Source: Catajapyx aquilonaris
Lineage: Eukaryota
Direction: 5' to 3'
DNA length: 53,629 nt
Assembly (NCBI GenBank): GCA_000934665.2
Contig: JYFJ02002628.1
Coordinates: 1-53,629, forward strand
Shown: positions 48,601 through 53,629 of the stretch, in pieces
Layout of the letters: each line of letters starts with the position of its first letter
Position numbering within the stretch: position 1 is the first letter of the stretch
Program-made: the position numbers and the translations under genes
The notes under the pieces: generated by a model
The model's database searches: none
The model's input: only the letters and a program-made list of their open reading frames with translations
What the model was told of the DNA's origin: nothing

Positions 48601-51393
48601 TATCTGCTTGTTGTAAAAATATATCTGCATATTGTAAAATCAAACGATTGAGAAGGTTCTGACGCATAATTGTGCCATTTATGACCAGTTTCGCCAAATC
48701 CAAGGCCTACTGCTATCAATAAAATAATTAATGAGCAGGTTACGAAACTGCATTTTATCATTTTCTCTTCCTTCAGATTTCAATAAGAGTCCTGCCATGT
48801 TTTAGATGATTTTCTATAGTATGCACATAAAATTATGTATTTTAGAGTTGCTCTTGCAACTGTGTGTGCTAAGAAAATTATATCCTAGCTACCATCCAAA
48901 AAGTAAGCTCTCTATTAATATCTGAGTCGATTATTTCTTCATGTTTAGCAAATGCATGCAAATACGACGTATTAACGAAAGGAAAGGGAGAGAAAGATTG
49001 AGACTTGAATTTTGGGTCACCAATATGATGCTTTGCTGAAAAGCTTTCATATTGATGTTAAAATGGAGAGAACGCTTCACATCCATTTATATGGCATTTC
49101 ATTAACTTCTAATTTATCACCTTGTGCATATCTGACGTAATATTATTAATAAGCATTTGTTCTCAGCAACAGACCACCTTTGAAGACCGTGTAACGCAAT
49201 CTTTACACCATTAGCATAAGATTATAAAACAACTGTATAATGCTCGATGTTCTAACGGAAGTAAATAATCCCCATATGTCATTTTGAATGGCTGATAATT
49301 AATATTCGTGGGATAAATAACGGTCACATGATATGGCTCAATCCCAATTAATTACAACTAATCTGCTGGATATTTTGATCCCAGGTCAGTTCCCGTTCTC
49401 CTTTTTCACAAATAGGCCTCGTTGCAACATCCTCGAAAATCTAAGGTTGAAATAATTTGCTGGGTCAAATATAAATTATTTTGTAAATACAGTAACTGAT
49501 ATAATTCACTCTATATCGATCTTTCAAAGTCAGAAAGCATGACTGTTTGTCTCTCGGCAGTGTCCTTAGGGGCAGGCCACGGATCAGCAACTATAAAAAT
49601 TGCAAATGTAAAATGATACAAACATGAATAAAAAGCTAGAGTAGTTGAGCCTTTATGAAGAAAATTGCAACCAATTTAGAATCTGCTCCCTCGTCCCGAG
49701 GTAAATAACTGTGACCGATTACATTGCAATGCATCTGCTTCATAAGGGAGATACAACCGGCGCCCGGTGCAAAAGGGGGCGTTCCCATTTTACTTAGCAA
49801 CCGGCTGCTCTGCTCCCACCACTTTGCTTTGGGAGCTAACATGGGCGCTTGGTGCAAGGCATCGCAGCCGATCGCAAGTGTCTTCTCACTGCTTCTCGAC
49901 CAACTATCTACGATCAAGTCTGGAAATAAGAAATTTTGATGTCACGTAATTGAAGCCAATGGGGCCTCAGACACAACCCGCACACTGGGGCTGGCAGGGG
50001 TCAGATGGACCTGAGAGGAACTAGGGAGAAAATGAACGACTACGACACTGCTGGACACCTGAATTAAAGACAGCAAAGATAAGCCCAAGGCTGACAGACT
50101 GGTGTTATTGCATAACGAAGTTCAGAATTTAAAGAGGAGTAATTTAAGTAATTAAGTACTGTATAGTTGGACATCATTTTAGCCCGCTCTGCGAACACAA
50201 TGTTGCATTTTCCTTCCGTGTGTCTAATGATTCAATGAAGAAATACATATTGGAAGCATAAAGCTCGTCAGATAGAGGTCAACCAGAGTTCCAAATGATT
50301 CCATCGGCCATGGATGACCCTTTCCCGTCAAAAATTAACACCCAGCCACTCAGGCAAGTCACTCAGCTTCTTTTTCCACGGTGCTATTAGTCGCTTTGCG
50401 CCTATACCCTAGACCTCCGCTCAAAAATAGGCCAAGTGGTAAGTTGCACCGCTAGGAAGGCGGCCATTTTAGCGAAGGTCTCAAGTTGCACCGGCACGCC
50501 CACATCGCAACTTGCACGGGGCGCCCGTTTTAGGCTACCGGTACCACACTAAGCTGGCAACTTATTTGAACTTGCTTCTAGTTTTCATTTTTGTACATTA
50601 TTAAAATTTGAATGACAATCCAAAACCATTTAATTACAACCTGATCACTAGAATGGGTCCTAATTACCGTTTTACGCTTATTACTCGGCCATTTTCACTC
50701 TCACTGTAGAGTGTAACTGTGGTGTGCATAGCTATGCAGAGGTGGATATTGTTTACAAATGCACTCTGCTGTAGGCTACACCAGGCTTGCAAATGCTCTA
50801 AATATAAACACGAAGAGTAGTTTATCATGGAACCTTGCATTTTCTGCGACTGCTAAGGTATTGCCGGATGTTTAGTTGCTCTAAACAGGCAAGATAATAT
50901 TATCATATCATCGCAGAAGTCAGGTTTTCTGTGGGTGGAAATGTATTGCGGGTTGCTCTGAAGAGTTAGGATGGAAGCCATAAGCTTTTGTCTCGGAAAC
51001 CTCCAGGGAAACCTTACACTAAGGAAATTTGATTTAGCACATCCTGTTCGCATTAGTTTGCCTGGGTCAGCCTAAGTCATGGCAAGGAGGGGAGAGAGGG
51101 AGACTATATGACACCCTCCACCCCCCACGCACGCCCCTGGAACCGTCGTCGATGTATAGCATTGAGCACTGCATGAAATTGCGAATCCTCCTAAATGAAT
51201 CTCGACAACCTGTTATTATAATTATACAGTAGCAGTCTGATGCGGTACATCATGATGAACACATCCTTTGACACATCTCATTGCGGCGCGGCGCAGGGAA
51301 TATTACGTTTACTGACTTAGCCTCTGACACGCACTTTATTAAAACCGCTCCTGGAATCACTTAATGAAGAAAACATTTTTCTAACCTTTTCAG

Positions 51394-51596
51394 CCCGAGT
51401 AGCAGCCAATCAGGATCAGCCAAGTACGGTGGAAATTAAGGTTCCGCATCCAGATGATGTTGATGGCACAGACACACCTGTCAATCAGACCAAAGTTGAA
51501 GAAAAGGAGCCGATGAAAGATCTAGAGCCCTCTCCTCATGTGAATGGCACCGTTGAAGTCAAGAAGCCGCCCTCACCTAGAGACAGCCCTGTGTAA
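51394..51596 (+). CDS. Fas3: Fasciclin-3-like copy B, exon 8 (cytoplasmic tail ending DSPV*)
   Basis: Branch point/acceptor CTAACCTTTTCAG, phase 1. Encodes PRVAANQDQPSTVEIKV...KKPPSPRDSPV*. Confidence 0.82.
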
Positions 51597-52422
51597 TTTT
51601 TAAACAAATCTTAACCAGTCATTCTAGAAAGCGCAGTCAGAGTTATAAGATAGATGACAATCATGTAGGCGTGAAAAATTAATCGTCTCCTTGATTGAAT
51701 GAAAATATGCTGTTTCATATTTACATATATTCATGTTGTATCAGCGCAGCCAAGTTAGTTTGACTAATAATTTATGTGATTTTCAAGATTTTTTTGTGTT
51801 ATATTCGCGCTTTTTGTTCCATGTCTGGTGTTTCTGACAAACATACCCGTCCTCTCCTTTACTTTTCCTATAGCTTGATCCTTGGAAGTAGTGAAATGCC
51901 GATTATGACAGTAGGTCATATATGCAAAGGCTTATTTTACTGCCAGTTTGATACTATTAGCCGCAATCGACTATCGAAGCAGCGATTATCCCCTTGTGTA
52001 TGCGGAATATTCCAAGAATGTGATATGACGCTGCAAGTTATGTTTTCGGTTGGTGCTTTATGCACTATTTTCCAATATACGCCAAACTGCAACATTCCGG
52101 GTTGTGTTAGTGTGGTTTGTTACAAAAACACTAGTGTAAGCTGTTTATTAAACGAGAGGCTACGTGTGAAGAGATTCCAGCAATATCGGGCGAAGAGCAG
52201 ATGCGATATTATAATCACATGACAATATTTTACGCAAAATAATATTTTACACTTTTTTACTATGCTTTGTGAAGAGCAACTATTTTACCATTTGTGTAGT
52301 GTTGCAAATAAGAGTATGTGATATCATTTCAGTGACATAAAATGATTTTTATACCTTCTGTAGTCTTGTTAAATACATGTGGAGATATATTGGATGTAAA
52401 GCTGTTTTTCAGACACCTTGGA

Positions 52423-52641
52423 AATAAAAAACCATTCCAGACCACAATATATTTTTAAGTGCTTTTTTCAATAGTGTGATAGTGTATACTGTATTGTATA
52501 AAATATGACACTTTATATGTTTGTTACAGATCGAACAATACCGGATATTTTCTACGTCATTTGGAATGTATGCTGCCTAGAAAAGTTAACTAGTTGAATA
52601 TATTGCGTTCGACTAATTACTTTAAAAAATTATGTAATAAA
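52423..52641 (+). promoter_or_regulatory. Candidate poly(A) signals of Fas3-like copy B (AATAAA at 52423 and 52636)
   Basis: Hexamers lie 0.8-1.0 kb after the stop, in AT-rich UTR-like sequence. Confidence 0.4.
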
Positions 52642-53336
52642 ATTACTCTATCTGATAAATACTTTGGTATCTGCAATGGAAAAATGAGAATACGAATCAA
52701 AATTTTATTGCTAGGAACAGGATGGAAATGGGCCGTGGGAATAACTGAAGGGCATACGAATGGGGAATGGGAATTGCTATTGTGCCAATGACTCTATGAA
52801 TATTAATTGATTCATTTCATTTTTTATTCGTGATGTTTATATCACCACATATACAGGATCGTAGAGCATCGTTGGAGAGTGGAAAATAATGTAAGTTACT
52901 GAATAGCCTTCCTATATAGTTTATACAACGCATGTTTCTGCTTCTCAGTGTTTGTAGCCTACTATACATAATTATATCGAATTCGATTCTAGTTATAACA
53001 ATATTTATTGCTTTGAATATCGTAACAATTATGGTGAACAATTTGTTCTTTCAGATACCGGTATATATGCGTGACCAAAACACTGAGCATTATCTCTATC
53101 TCTATAAATAAGGAAGCTTCATTGTTAGTTTGGATGTTTGTCCCTTATAGAAATCCAGGGGAAGGCCCCTACACTGCCTTAAATTAGCATATCGGGGGTT
53201 ACTTTTTCCAAGGAATCTAACGCCGCATGTTTCAGCTTCCGAAAATGTACCTAACTCCCACAACACGCGTATTCCTGCCTCAACAATTAGCTTACAATAA
53301 TAACAATAAATCAATTTGCATTCCCATGGAAATGCC

Positions 53337-53620
53337 TATTTTTTTTAGCTATTTACCTCCCTGCATCGTACCGCAGGGAGGGAACCTTTATTTCGTCTTG
53401 ATGGAACCTTTTTGACGTACCGTAGCGCCCGGGCAGGGTGACTGGGAGGGGATGTGCAAGGTGCAAGTGCAATTCTCAAACGGTATATTTTGTGAACTCC
53501 CCCGGGTGGATTAGTCTGAGGAGATTCCACCCGAGACGACCCAACTCTGCACGGGATGAAGGAGGGAACCCCGGGCTGGGTTCGAACCCGACGTTTCCGC
53601 AGCGCCACTTTGTCTCCCCT
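53337..53620 (-). mobile_element. tRNA-derived SINE (family 3) with shortened head
   Basis: Minus strand reads GGGGAGACAAAGTGGCGCTGCGG..GGGTTCGAACCC, with 3' hairpin CCTCCCTGC..GCAGGGAGG and an A-rich tail. GGAAATGC flanks both sides (TSD cut by the window edge). Confidence 0.75.
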
Positions 53621-53629
53621 AGGAAATGC

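Noticed and set aside
51776..52222. 148 aa ORF downstream of the Fas3-like stop
   Set aside because: Non-ATG start, no recognisable domain, and it lies in the presumptive 3' UTR.

Overview
Eukaryotic, intron-rich, transposon-dense genomic DNA. An arthropod source (probably an insect) is inferred from the fasciclin-3-like gene and the SINE types. The window holds three main things. (1) The 3' end of an unidentified + strand gene: an acidic, low-complexity exon starting with an RFxV motif (10171-10828), a last coding exon (12716-12849), a ~2.9 kb 3' UTR, and a possible alternative terminal exon (7169-7243). (2) A tandemly duplicated fasciclin-3 (Fas3)-like Ig-superfamily locus. The downstream copy B is complete: 8 exons, 463 aa, signal peptide, 3 Ig domains, TM segment and a cytoplasmic tail ending DSPV. 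The upstream copy A keeps its promoter region and open exons for signal peptide, Ig1 and Ig2, but its exon 5 is frameshifted and no TM or cytoplasmic exons are visible. The Ig1 exon is almost identical in the two copies (2 differences in 410 bp) while the Ig2 exons have diverged. (3) Many mobile elements: mariner/Tc1 remnants, hAT and PIF/Harbinger-type MITEs, a 2.7 kb foldback element, several tRNA-derived SINEs and a truncated LINE. Most ORFs in the supplied track are spurious. All comparisons were made by eye; no database searches were run.
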